Assembly (NCBI GenBank): GCA_013298715.1
Contig: JAAFIQ010000006.1
Span: 96,080-160,079, forward strand
Length of the DNA: 64,000 bases
Reading direction: 5' to 3'
From: Bacteroidota bacterium
Lineage (GTDB): Bacteria > Bacteroidota > Bacteroidia > B-17B0 > Aurantibacillaceae
Shown here: piece by piece, positions 29,399-38,973 of the stretch
Numbering within the stretch: position 1 is the first letter of the stretch
Layout: every line of letters starts with the position of its first letter
Notes under the pieces: model-generated
What the model saw: only the letters and a program-made list of their open reading frames with translations
What the model was told of the DNA's origin: nothing
Database searches by the model: none
Position numbers and translations under genes: made by a program

Positions 29399-30844
29399 AT
29401 GAAACACATTATTAGACTTCTTTTTATAGTATCAGTCTCCTATGGACAAAAACAAGGAAATGTATGGGTATTTGGGCAGGGTGGAGCATTAAATTTTAAT
29501 AGCGGCTCCCCAACAGCATTTACCGGGAGTCAAGTATTTGGTAATCCAACTCTTCCAGGAGACTATCTCTATAGTGAAGGCTGTACTTCAATTTCTGATA
29601 GTAGTGGTAATTTATTGTTTTATTCTAATGGTGAAAAAGTTTGGAATAAACTTAACCAAGTTATGCCAAACGGTAGCGGATTGAACGGATTCTACTCTTC
29701 AACTAACGCTGCTTTTACAATACCTGTTCCTTCAAGTGACTCTCTTTATTATTTATTTACTACAGACGGACTTGAAAGATATTTACAAAAAGGGTTAAGA
29801 TATTCTATCATTAACATGTGTCTTGATAATGGGAAAGGCGACGTTATAAGTTCTCAAAAAAATATATTATTGCTTGATACTGTTAGTGAAAAACTTTGCG
29901 CTGTTGCACATCCTAATGGCAGAGACATTTGGCTCATCACACACAAATTTTTTTCAGATGCCTTTTATACCTATTTGATTACACCTTCAGGTATAAATCC
30001 TCCTGTTATTTCTTATATTGGAAGTACGCATATTGGAAATATGAGTTTTTATAATGGTTGTGGCGGAGCAATTGGCCAAATGAAGGCATCGCCAAACGGA
30101 AATAGAATTGGACTTGCCTTTGCGAATGCTTCCCCTGAAGTCGTGGAAGTCTTTAGTTTCAATTCTCTTACGGGAGTTTTAAGCAATTCCATTAGTTTAA
30201 CGAAAAGTCCAGGAAATTATGGAGTTGAATTTTCACCAGACAATACAAAATTCTATTTAACAAGTACTAATGGAATTTTTCAATTTGATTTAACTGCAGG
30301 TGGTGGAACAGAAGCGGCTATTAATGCATCTAAAACTTTGATTACTAATTTAGTATGTATTCCTGGTCCTCTGCAACTTGGTCCAAATGGTAAAATATAT
30401 GTTTCTCGTTGTAATAATACTTTAGGTTTAATTAATCTTCCAAATAACCTTGGAACTGCTTGCGGTTTTATTGCTAATGCAATAAATATTAACCCTTGTG
30501 TTTATAATACCTCCTTACCTTCTTTTATCGCTGGTTACAATTACACAAACAAACAAAAACCTTTGTGTCTAACATCTAATGTAAAAGAAAATAAATTGTT
30601 AAACGAATTTAAACTTTATCCAAATCCAACAAATAACTCAGCAACATTGGAATTTAATAATGTAAATAATGAAACTTGCTCTGTTATTCTTTATGACTTC
30701 AAAGGAAAAGTCTTAAGAACAATTAATCAAATTGCAACTAATAAAATTCTGATTGAAAAACAAAACTTGACACCAGGTCTTTATTTTTTTCAATTATATT
30801 TTGGGAGACAATTGCATTCAATTGGTAAATTATCAATAAAATAA
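29399..30844 (+). CDS. T9SS type A sorting domain protein (beta-propeller-like N-terminal region)
   Basis: C-terminal KLYPNPTNNSATLEF...LYDFKGKVL...LTPGLYFFQL matches the Por secretion-tail pattern. Confidence 0.8.
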   Translation: MKHIIRLLFIVSVSYGQKQGNVWVFGQGGALNFNSGSPTAFTGSQVFGNPTLPGDYLYSEGCTSISDSSGNLLFYSNGEKVWNKLNQVMPNGSGLNGFYSSTNAAFTIPVPSSDSLYYLFTTDGLERYLQKGLRYSIINMCLDNGKGDVISSQKNILLLDTVSEKLCAVAHPNGRDIWLITHKFFSDAFYTYLITPSGINPPVISYIGSTHIGNMSFYNGCGGAIGQMKASPNGNRIGLAFANASPEVVEVFSFNSLTGVLSNSISLTKSPGNYGVEFSPDNTKFYLTSTNGIFQFDLTAGGGTEAAINASKTLITNLVCIPGPLQLGPNGKIYVSRCNNTLGLINLPNNLGTACGFIANAININPCVYNTSLPSFIAGYNYTNKQKPLCLTSNVKENKLLNEFKLYPNPTNNSATLEFNNVNNETCSVILYDFKGKVLRTINQIATNKILIEKQNLTPGLYFFQLYFGRQLHSIGKLSIK

Positions 30845-31062
30845 TATCGTTTATAATACACAATTTAATTTATTAAGAGGATATTTTGAATAGAAAAATT
30901 TGGGCAATTATTTGAATTTATTGCAAGGATGCATTTAATATTTCGAGTCCTCTCATATACTGATACCCAAACCCTTTGCCAATATTTTTTCAACACTCAT
31001 CATTAAATCAACCTTCCTCTAAAAAATTTTATAAAAAGGTTACCTGCGGCAAATAACTCTAA

Positions 31063-31088
31063 TAATCTCCGCAAATTTGCGGAGATTA
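31063..31088. promoter_or_regulatory. 26-bp perfect palindrome (candidate operator)
   Basis: TAATCTCCGCAAA|TTTGCGGAGATTA, all 13 position pairs complementary, 37 nt upstream of the Fic start codon. Half-site-like words CCGCAA/GCGGCAA recur at 31046-31054 and 31101-31108. Confidence 0.5.
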
Positions 31089-31124
31089 ATGTGTATATTT
31101 ACCGCAAGAATGATTTAAAAAAAA

Positions 31125-32222
31125 GTGGCAAAATACATTTACGAATATAAAAACTGGACAAACTTCACTTGGCAGGAAACTGTTATAAATTCAATATTCG
31201 GTGAAGTAAGAAATTTGCAAGGTAAAATTATTTGGCAAATGAATTCACTTGGTTTTAAAACTAAGGAAGAAGCTACACTTGCAACATTAACAATTGATGT
31301 TATTAAATCCTCTGAAATTGAAGGAGAAAAACTCAACTACGACCAAGTTCGTTCATCCATTGCACGAAGACTAGGTATTAATATAGCTGGACTTGTTTCA
31401 ACCAATAGAAACATAGAAGGAGTAGTGGAAATGATGCTTGATGCAACTCAGAATTACCAAAAATCGTTAACAAATAAACGACTTTTTGGATGGCATTCAG
31501 CACTTTTCCCAACAGGGCATAGTGGTATTCACAAAATCGAGGCAGGTCGCTATCGCACAGGTGAAATGCAAATTGTATCTGGAGCGATGGGAAAAGAAAA
31601 AGTCCATTATGAAGCAGTTCCAGCTAACAAAGTAAAAGAAGAAATGGATAAGTTTTTAAAATGGTTTAATAATAATTCGCTTATAGATCCTGTTTTAAAG
31701 GCTGCTATTGCTCACTTTTGGTTTATCATAATACATCCATTTGACGATGGGAATGGAAGAATTGCCAGAGCAATTTCCGATTTAATGCTTGCACGCGCCG
31801 ATAAAACAACAGAACGCTATTACAGTATGTCCAGTCAAATCTTGATTGAAAGAAAACAGTATTACGAGATGTTGAAAAAAGTTCAACATAGTAGAGGTGA
31901 TATTACAGAATGGTTAAACTGGTTTTTGCATTGTCTTAAAAATTCACTCACAGCAACAGAAACTACCTTGCAAAAAATATTACGTAAAACTGAGTTTTGG
32001 AAAGTTCACGAGAATAAAGTTTTTAACGAAAGACAGAGACTGGTGTTGAATAAACTGTTTGAGGGATTTGAAGGAAAATTAAAATCATCTAAATGGGCAA
32101 AGATTGCTAAATGCTCGCCCGATACAGCCTTACGAGACATAAAGAATTTAATTGATAAAGGAATATTGCTACAAGAAGATGAGGGCGGACGAAGTACAAA
32201 CTATAAACTTGCGGACTTTTGA
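31125..32222 (+). CDS. Fic family protein (AMPylase-type motif, class II N-terminal inhibitory helix, C-terminal wHTH)
   Basis: GTG start. Canonical HPFDDGNGRIARA (HxFx[DE]GNGRxxR). SSEIEG upstream fits the [ST]xxxE[GN] alpha-inh motif. DUF4172-like N-terminus YIYEYKNWTNFTW. Confidence 0.9.
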   Translation: MAKYIYEYKNWTNFTWQETVINSIFGEVRNLQGKIIWQMNSLGFKTKEEATLATLTIDVIKSSEIEGEKLNYDQVRSSIARRLGINIAGLVSTNRNIEGVVEMMLDATQNYQKSLTNKRLFGWHSALFPTGHSGIHKIEAGRYRTGEMQIVSGAMGKEKVHYEAVPANKVKEEMDKFLKWFNNNSLIDPVLKAAIAHFWFIIIHPFDDGNGRIARAISDLMLARADKTTERYYSMSSQILIERKQYYEMLKKVQHSRGDITEWLNWFLHCLKNSLTATETTLQKILRKTEFWKVHENKVFNERQRLVLNKLFEGFEGKLKSSKWAKIAKCSPDTALRDIKNLIDKGILLQEDEGGRSTNYKLADF

Positions 32223-32276
32223 AGTGGAATCCTCACTCCTTAAATACTTCCTTTTTTTAACCTTTAGTTAAAATAA

Positions 32277-32298
32277 AAACAGTAATCTTGTACTGTTT
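32277..32298 (+). promoter_or_regulatory. inverted repeat abutting the MFS start codon
   Basis: AAACAGTA-6 nt-TACTGTTT ends 1 nt before ATG 32299. It could be an operator or a 5'-UTR hairpin. Confidence 0.3.
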
Positions 32299-33507
32299 AT
32301 GAAACAAAACAAAAACGCCATGCTTTTTATATTCCTTACAATTTTAATTGATTGTATAGGTTTAGGAATAATTATTCCGGTATTACCCGATTTAATCAAG
32401 CAAATCAGCGGTGGCTCAACCAGCCAAGCTGCTGCAATTGGTGGTTGGCTTAGTTTTGCTTATGCCATTACATCTTTTTTGTTTTCACCGGTTTTAGGAG
32501 GTTTAAGCGATCGGTTTGGCCGCCGACCAATTATCTTAATTTCCCTCCTAGGTTTGGGCATTGATTATATTTTTTGTGCCATGTCGCCCACAATTACCTT
32601 GCTTTTTGTAGGACGACTTTTAGCCGGTGTTTGTGGTGCCAGCTTTACCACAGCATCTGCCTATATTGCTGATGTAAGTACTGATGAAAATAGAGCTAAA
32701 AACTTTGGAATGATCGGTGCTGCTTTTGGCGTTGGTTTTATTATTGGTCCTTTGCTAGGTACTGTTTTTGGTACGTGGGGTCCACGTGCTCCTTTTTATG
32801 CAGCGGCTTGTTTTTCTTTACTAAATTTTATTTATGGGTATTTTGTGCTTCCAGAATCTTTGGCAAAAGAAAAACAACGTGCCTTTGATTGGAAACGAGC
32901 TAATCCACTTGGGTCTTTGTTACAACTTAGCAAACAAAAAGTAGTAATTAATTTAATAATTGTAATGTTTATATTAGAACTTGCAAGCCAAGCCATGCCC
33001 AACGTATGGAGCTTTTTTTGTATAGAGCGTTTTAATTGGAATGAAAAACAAATTGGTATTTCACTCGCTATTGTTGGAATTGCCATTGCAATTGTTCAGG
33101 GCGGATTAATTGGTTGGGCAAAAAATAAATTTGGTGAAAAGCGTAGCTTGTTTGCTGGTTTGGTGTTTAACACGGTTGGTTTTATTTGTTTTTCGCTAGC
33201 TAACCAATCATGGATGATGTATGTTTTTTTGATTCCATTTGCCCTTGGCGGATTTGCAATTCCTAATATTCAAAGTATTCTTACACAAAAGGTGCCAGCC
33301 AACGAACAAGGCGAATTGCAAGGTGGCTTAACAAGTCTAATTAGTATTACAGCAATTTTAGGACCATTAATTATGAGTAATTCCTTTGCATTTTTCACTC
33401 GTCCAAATGCGACATTTTATTTTCCTGGGGTAGCTTTTTTTATTGGTGCGCTTTTGTCGATATTTGGTTTGTTTTTTAGCTACCGAACTCTAAAAAGAAT
33501 GCAATAA
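32299..33507 (+). CDS. MFS transporter, TetA/TCR-like (DHA1)
   Basis: 12 TM segments. Motif A GGLSDRFGRRPIILISL and motif C-like region. Confidence 0.85.
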   Translation: MKQNKNAMLFIFLTILIDCIGLGIIIPVLPDLIKQISGGSTSQAAAIGGWLSFAYAITSFLFSPVLGGLSDRFGRRPIILISLLGLGIDYIFCAMSPTITLLFVGRLLAGVCGASFTTASAYIADVSTDENRAKNFGMIGAAFGVGFIIGPLLGTVFGTWGPRAPFYAAACFSLLNFIYGYFVLPESLAKEKQRAFDWKRANPLGSLLQLSKQKVVINLIIVMFILELASQAMPNVWSFFCIERFNWNEKQIGISLAIVGIAIAIVQGGLIGWAKNKFGEKRSLFAGLVFNTVGFICFSLANQSWMMYVFLIPFALGGFAIPNIQSILTQKVPANEQGELQGGLTSLISITAILGPLIMSNSFAFFTRPNATFYFPGVAFFIGALLSIFGLFFSYRTLKRMQ

Positions 33508-33513
33508 TTTTAG

Positions 33514-33521
33514 TATCTTTG
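33514..33521 (+). promoter_or_regulatory. Bacteroidota -7 promoter box (TATCTTTG)
   Basis: TAnnTTTG match 31 nt upstream of ATG 33553. Confidence 0.4.
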
Positions 33522-33552
33522 CAGGGTATTTTTAAAGAAACTTAATTTTAGA

Positions 33553-34809
33553 ATGAAAGATATTTTTCAAAAAGTTACTGCCAATATGGGTCCAATTGGC
33601 GAACACGCTAAAGAATCGCACGGTTATTTTACTTTTCCAAAACTAGAAGGCGAAATTGGTCCTCACATGAATTTTAGAGGAAAAAATTTATTAAACTGGA
33701 GTTTAAATAATTATTTAGGTTTAGCAAATCATCCAGAAGTGCGCAAAGCAGATGCAGATGCGGCTTCGCAATACGGCTTGGCATTACCAATGGGTGCACG
33801 TATGATGAGTGGCAACTCTAATCACCACGAGCAGTTAGAGAAAGAACTATCTGCTTTTATGAAAAAAGAAGATACCATTCTTTGTAACTTTGGTTACCAA
33901 GCTATGGTTAGTGCTATTGATGCTTTGGTTGATAGACACGATGTTATTGTTTACGATAGCGAAAGCCACGCTTGTATTTTAGATGGGGTGCGCCTTCACA
34001 TGGGTAAACGTTACGTATTTAAACATAACGATGTTGCTGATTGCGAAAAACAATTAGAACGCGCAACAAAATTGGCAGAACAAACAGGTGGTGCCATTTT
34101 AGTAATTACCGAAGGTGTGTTTGGTATGCGTGGTGACCAAGGAAAATTAAAAGAAATTATAGAACTAAAGAAAAAATTTAGCTTCCGTTTGTTTGTTGAT
34201 GATGCACATGGTTGTGGTACAATGGGACCAAATGGCGGTGGAACAGGCGAACACCAAGGTTGCCAAGATGGTATTGATATTTATTTTGGAACTTTTGCAA
34301 AATCGTTTGCTTTAATTGGAGGTTATATTAGTTCTGAGAAAAATATTATTACGTATTTACGTTACAACATGCGCAGTCAAATTTTTGCTAAAAGTTTGCC
34401 AATGCCTTTAGTTGTTGGTGCTTTAAAACGTTTAGAGTTAATGCGTAATCACCCAGAATACCGTGAGAAATTATGGGAAATTACGCGCGCATTGCAAGGT
34501 GGCTTGCAAGCTGCGGGCTTTAATATTGGTGATACTAACAGTCCAGTTACGCCTGTATATCTGAGTGGAAGTATTCCTGAAGCTACCAATATGGTAAAAG
34601 ATTTACGTGAAAATTTTGGCATCTTCTGTTCTATGGTTACTTATCCGGTAATTCCAAAAGGGATGATTATTTTACGTTTGATTCCTACAGCAGTTCATAA
34701 TCACGATGATGTAAAATATACCATTGAATCGTTTAGTAAAATTGTAAACAAATTAAAAAATGGAGAATACATGAGCGATAGATTGGCAGAAGTAAAAGTT
34801 GATCTATAA
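33553..34809 (+). CDS. alpha-oxoamine synthase family PLP enzyme (Kbl/BioF/SPT-like acyltransferase)
   Basis: PLP-lysine motif GTFAKSF, DDAHG, and NYLGLANHPEV. The 418-aa form is common in Flavobacteriia. Substrate cannot be assigned from sequence alone. Confidence 0.85.
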   Translation: MKDIFQKVTANMGPIGEHAKESHGYFTFPKLEGEIGPHMNFRGKNLLNWSLNNYLGLANHPEVRKADADAASQYGLALPMGARMMSGNSNHHEQLEKELSAFMKKEDTILCNFGYQAMVSAIDALVDRHDVIVYDSESHACILDGVRLHMGKRYVFKHNDVADCEKQLERATKLAEQTGGAILVITEGVFGMRGDQGKLKEIIELKKKFSFRLFVDDAHGCGTMGPNGGGTGEHQGCQDGIDIYFGTFAKSFALIGGYISSEKNIITYLRYNMRSQIFAKSLPMPLVVGALKRLELMRNHPEYREKLWEITRALQGGLQAAGFNIGDTNSPVTPVYLSGSIPEATNMVKDLRENFGIFCSMVTYPVIPKGMIILRLIPTAVHNHDDVKYTIESFSKIVNKLKNGEYMSDRLAEVKVDL

Positions 34810-34817
34810 TCTTTAAA

Positions 34818-37772
34818 GTGAATATTCTAAAAAATAAAATTAAAAACAGAATAGTAATATTCTGTTTTTTTATTTGTGTAGTAACTAGTTTTTCGCAAAA
34901 TGTTACGCAATATGTAAATCCATTTATTGGCACGGGTGGCCATGGACACACCTTTCCTGGAGCTACATTACCATTTGGTATGGTGCAATTGAGTCCAGAT
35001 ACCAGAGTGGATGGGAGTTGGGACGGTTGTAGTGGTTACCATTACAGCGATAGCGTAATTTATGGGTTTAGTCATACACATTTAAGCGGAACAGGTTGCA
35101 GTGATTATGGTGATGTTTTGTTAATGCCAAGTTACGACGTTTTAAATTTGAATAATAAAAATTATTCATCTACTTTCTCTCACAAAAACGAAACAGCAAG
35201 TGCAGGCTTTTATAAAGTAAAATTAAATAATGGAGTAGAGGTGGAGCTAACAAGCACACTGCGCGCAGGCATTCATAAATACACGTTTTTAAAAAACAAA
35301 AAGCCCCAAGTAATTTTAGATTTATTGCACAGAGACGAAACCTTAAATCAAGATGTACATCTTTTAGATAGTAATACCATTGCAGGTTTTAGGGTGAGTA
35401 AAGCGTGGGCAAGAGAACAATACATTTATTTCGCCATACAATTTAGTAAATCAATAACGCGCTTTGATTATGCTTTAAACAAACAACTCACCAAGTATTT
35501 GAATTTAAAAACAAAAGAAAAACCAGAAGGCGCTTTACTCGAATTTAAAGATTTAAACGGCGAACCTTTAATCGTAAAAGTTGGAATATCTTTGGCAGAC
35601 GAGGCTGGTGCTTTAAGAAATTTAAAAGCCGAAGCACCACACTGGAATTTTGAAAAATACAAACAAGATGCAGAAGTAGCTTGGCAAAAAGAATTATCAA
35701 AAATAGAAGTAAGTGATAGAGATGAGAATAAACTAACTATTTTTTACACGGCGCTTTACCATTGCTTTATTCACCCAAGCACCGCAAGCGATATTGATGG
35801 CAGGTACAGAGGCAGAGATAACAAAATTTATAAGGCAAACAACTACACACATTATTCTGTTTTTAGTTTGTGGGATACTTACAGAGCGCTTCATCCCTTA
35901 CTAACACTAATTGACAAAAAGCGAACATCAGATTTTATAAACACCTTTATTTCCCAATTTGAGCAATCGGGTAGGTTTCCAATGTGGGAATTAGCGAGTA
36001 ATGAAACCGATTGTATGATAGGTTTTCATTCTGTATCAGTTATTGCTGATGCATTAAATAAAGGTATTACTGGCTTTGATGTAAAAAAAGCATATAAGGG
36101 AAGCAAAGCAGCGGCATCGTATACACGCCTTGGCATACCTGCCTTTAATAATAATAATTTTTTGCAAGTAGAAGATGAGAGTGAGAGCGTTAGTAAATCG
36201 TTAGAGTATGGTTACGATAATTGGTGCATAGCAGAAATAGCGAAGCACTTAAATAATATAAACGAGGCAAATTATTACAGAGAAAAATCGAAAGCATATT
36301 GTAATTTGTTTAATCCTAAAACAGGATTTATGCAGCCAAGGAGTAATGGCGGTTGGTTGTATCCTTTTTATCCAAATCAAATTAACAATCATTTTACTGA
36401 AGGGAATAGCTGGCAGTACTCATTTTATGTGCCTCATGAAATGGAAAAGCTAATTGCGTTGCACGGCGGTAATATTCCTATCGAAAAAAAATTAGATGAA
36501 TTATTTACAACCAAACAAAAAACAATTGGCAGAGAACAAGTTGATGTTACAGGCCTAATTGGGCAGTATGCGCATGGTAACGAACCAAGCCATCATATGG
36601 CTTATTTATATAATTATGTAAATAAACCTCAAAAAACAATTAAGCTCGTTCATAAAATTTGTAATGAATTTTATAAAAACGAAGCAGATGGATTAATTGG
36701 AAACGAAGACTGCGGACAAATGAGCGCTTGGTATGTTTTTAGTGCTATGGGTTTTTATCCTGTTTGCCCGGGGAACAACACCTACGAATTAGGCTTACCT
36801 GTTTTTAATAAAATTAAATTGAATTTAGAAAATGGAAAAAGTTTTGTGATAGAGAATCAGGTTAGTTATGGTAAGAATATTGAACATGTAGTTATAAATT
36901 CGCAAGAAAGTACCGCAAGTAAAATTTTACACAACCAAATAGCAAATGGTGGGAGCATTGTATTTGTGGAAGAAACAACTAAAAATGCAATCAGTAAATA
37001 CGGGCAGGTAAGTGCAAGTGAAAAACTTCTTTTGCAGCCAAACGATAATTCTTTAGTAGCACCATTAATCTTAGCAACACAAAAAGTATTTACCACAAAG
37101 CAAAAAATTGAAATAAGCACATTGAATACCAGCTGTTCTGATTGTAAAATTTATTATAGTACTGACGGCTTCGAGCCAACAACGAATTCTAAACTTTACA
37201 AAACTCCTTTTCAGATAGATACTTCGTGTACAATTAAAGCCATGGTTATAAGTGGCAACCAAATAAGTCAAATAACACACGCAAACTTTTATAAAATTCC
37301 GAATAATTATAACATTTCTATCACTGGAACGGTAAATTCTCAATACAAATCATTTGGTCCGCAATCATTAATTGATGGTTTAAAAGGCCCGTTAGATTGG
37401 CGAAAAGGTGATTGGTTGGGTTACCAAGGGCAGGATGTAGAAGTGTTAATTGATTTGAAACAACTTAAGAAAGTAAATACAGTTAGTGCAAACTTTTTGC
37501 AAGATGCAAGTTCGTGGATAATGATGCCAAAAAGCGTAGAATGTTTTGTGAGCAAGGATAATAAAACTTATAGTAAAGTTTCAATACAAACATTTAAAAC
37601 ACAAGATAAAAATGAGGATGTTGTAACCGAAGAAGTTAATTTAGAAGCGAAAATGGATTTGCTAATACGGTACATCAAACTAAAAATCAATCACTATGGC
37701 AAATTACCTGAATGGCACGTAGGGAGAGGTTTTGATGCGTTCTTTTTTGTGGATGAGATTAAAATACGTTAA
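34818..37772 (+). CDS. GH92 family alpha-mannosidase with C-terminal F5/8-type-C-like domain
   Basis: GTG start. Contains VNPFIGTGGHGHTFPGATLPFGMVQLSPDT and HGNEPSHHMAYLY signatures. Confidence 0.9.
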   Translation: MNILKNKIKNRIVIFCFFICVVTSFSQNVTQYVNPFIGTGGHGHTFPGATLPFGMVQLSPDTRVDGSWDGCSGYHYSDSVIYGFSHTHLSGTGCSDYGDVLLMPSYDVLNLNNKNYSSTFSHKNETASAGFYKVKLNNGVEVELTSTLRAGIHKYTFLKNKKPQVILDLLHRDETLNQDVHLLDSNTIAGFRVSKAWAREQYIYFAIQFSKSITRFDYALNKQLTKYLNLKTKEKPEGALLEFKDLNGEPLIVKVGISLADEAGALRNLKAEAPHWNFEKYKQDAEVAWQKELSKIEVSDRDENKLTIFYTALYHCFIHPSTASDIDGRYRGRDNKIYKANNYTHYSVFSLWDTYRALHPLLTLIDKKRTSDFINTFISQFEQSGRFPMWELASNETDCMIGFHSVSVIADALNKGITGFDVKKAYKGSKAAASYTRLGIPAFNNNNFLQVEDESESVSKSLEYGYDNWCIAEIAKHLNNINEANYYREKSKAYCNLFNPKTGFMQPRSNGGWLYPFYPNQINNHFTEGNSWQYSFYVPHEMEKLIALHGGNIPIEKKLDELFTTKQKTIGREQVDVTGLIGQYAHGNEPSHHMAYLYNYVNKPQKTIKLVHKICNEFYKNEADGLIGNEDCGQMSAWYVFSAMGFYPVCPGNNTYELGLPVFNKIKLNLENGKSFVIENQVSYGKNIEHVVINSQESTASKILHNQIANGGSIVFVEETTKNAISKYGQVSASEKLLLQPNDNSLVAPLILATQKVFTTKQKIEISTLNTSCSDCKIYYSTDGFEPTTNSKLYKTPFQIDTSCTIKAMVISGNQISQITHANFYKIPNNYNISITGTVNSQYKSFGPQSLIDGLKGPLDWRKGDWLGYQGQDVEVLIDLKQLKKVNTVSANFLQDASSWIMMPKSVECFVSKDNKTYSKVSIQTFKTQDKNEDVVTEEVNLEAKMDLLIRYIKLKINHYGKLPEWHVGRGFDAFFFVDEIKIR

Positions 37773-37802
37773 ACGTATTTTTTGCAATTTTAAAATAAAA
37801 GC

Positions 37803-38900
37803 TTGATAACCGTTAGCAAAAATAGAGTATTTGGATTTGATTTACTCCGTAGCATTGCCATAATTTTAGTGGTTTTAGAACATAGCAATTTTTATTTTAT
37901 AAGTAACATAACCGCACTTCCATTGCCCGACGGTGTGGATTTATTTTTCGTTTTAAGTGGTTATTTAATTGGTACAATTCTTATAAAAAAAACTGAGGAA
38001 ACTAAAAATTTTAATTTGAGGTCTGCTTTTAACTTTTTAATAAGAAGGTGGTTTCGCACGCTACCGAATTATTTTTTATTTTTATTTGTCAATGTAATCC
38101 TCATTAATTTTGGTATTATAAAAGGTTTTGTAAATGATTATTTGGTAACCTACTTTGTGTTTTTCCAAAATTTTTATAAACCCTACGACTTTTTGTTTTG
38201 GGAATCTTGGAGTTTATCAGTCGAAGAATGGTTTTATTTTCTGTTTCCATTAATGATTGTACTAATTTACAGAGCTACTAAGGATAAATTTACCAATAAG
38301 AATATTTTGCTTTTATCAATTCTAGTATTTATTACACTCCCTTTAATTTACAGATTGGCTCAGTTTCAAATTAATAGTAACCTAGACTTTGATTTATATT
38401 TTAAAAAATTAGTTGCAACACGTATGGATACAATAGGATTTGGCCTTTTGGGCGCATTCATACATTTTTACAAAAAGAAGTATTGGCTTAAATTAAAAAA
38501 TGTACTCTTTGTAATAGGAATGATGTTGCTTCTTGCACTGACTAGATTTGGTAATGAAAATATAGTTTTCTTAAAAACCCTTTACTATAGTTTTATAGGA
38601 CTATCCATCTTATTTTTATTGCCTTTAATAGAAGGTTTAAAGAAAGAAATAATCCCACTTAAACCATTCCAATTTATAAGTAAAATTTCTTTTTCAATGT
38701 ATCTCATTAATATTCCATTGATTTCAGTGTTTAAAAGAGTCTTTATAATTTCCAATAAAATGGAGGCACAGTTGCTTTATATTATATTTTGGATTACACT
38801 GATTTTAATATCGTATATAGTTTATAGATTTTATGAATTGCCTCTGATGAAATTACGTGATAGCAAGCTCTTTAATCACACAAATAATATAAGTAATTAG
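37803..38900 (+). CDS. acyltransferase family 3 (OafA-like) membrane protein
   Basis: TTG start. FGFDLLRSIAIILVVLEH, about 10 TM segments. Confidence 0.8.
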   Translation: MITVSKNRVFGFDLLRSIAIILVVLEHSNFYFISNITALPLPDGVDLFFVLSGYLIGTILIKKTEETKNFNLRSAFNFLIRRWFRTLPNYFLFLFVNVILINFGIIKGFVNDYLVTYFVFFQNFYKPYDFLFWESWSLSVEEWFYFLFPLMIVLIYRATKDKFTNKNILLLSILVFITLPLIYRLAQFQINSNLDFDLYFKKLVATRMDTIGFGLLGAFIHFYKKKYWLKLKNVLFVIGMMLLLALTRFGNENIVFLKTLYYSFIGLSILFLLPLIEGLKKEIIPLKPFQFISKISFSMYLINIPLISVFKRVFIISNKMEAQLLYIIFWITLILISYIVYRFYELPLMKLRDSKLFNHTNNISN

Positions 38901-38918
38901 GTTCCACTCAAAGTCTGC

Positions 38919-38961
38919 CTTTAATCAATCTCCCTTTAAGTGTTCTTTTCCTTGATTAAAG
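38919..38961. terminator. hairpin between convergent genes
   Basis: CTTTAATCAA (38919-38928) and TTGATTAAAG (38952-38961), a 10-bp perfect stem with a 23-nt loop. Confidence 0.4.
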
Positions 38962-38973
38962 ACATCCACTAAA

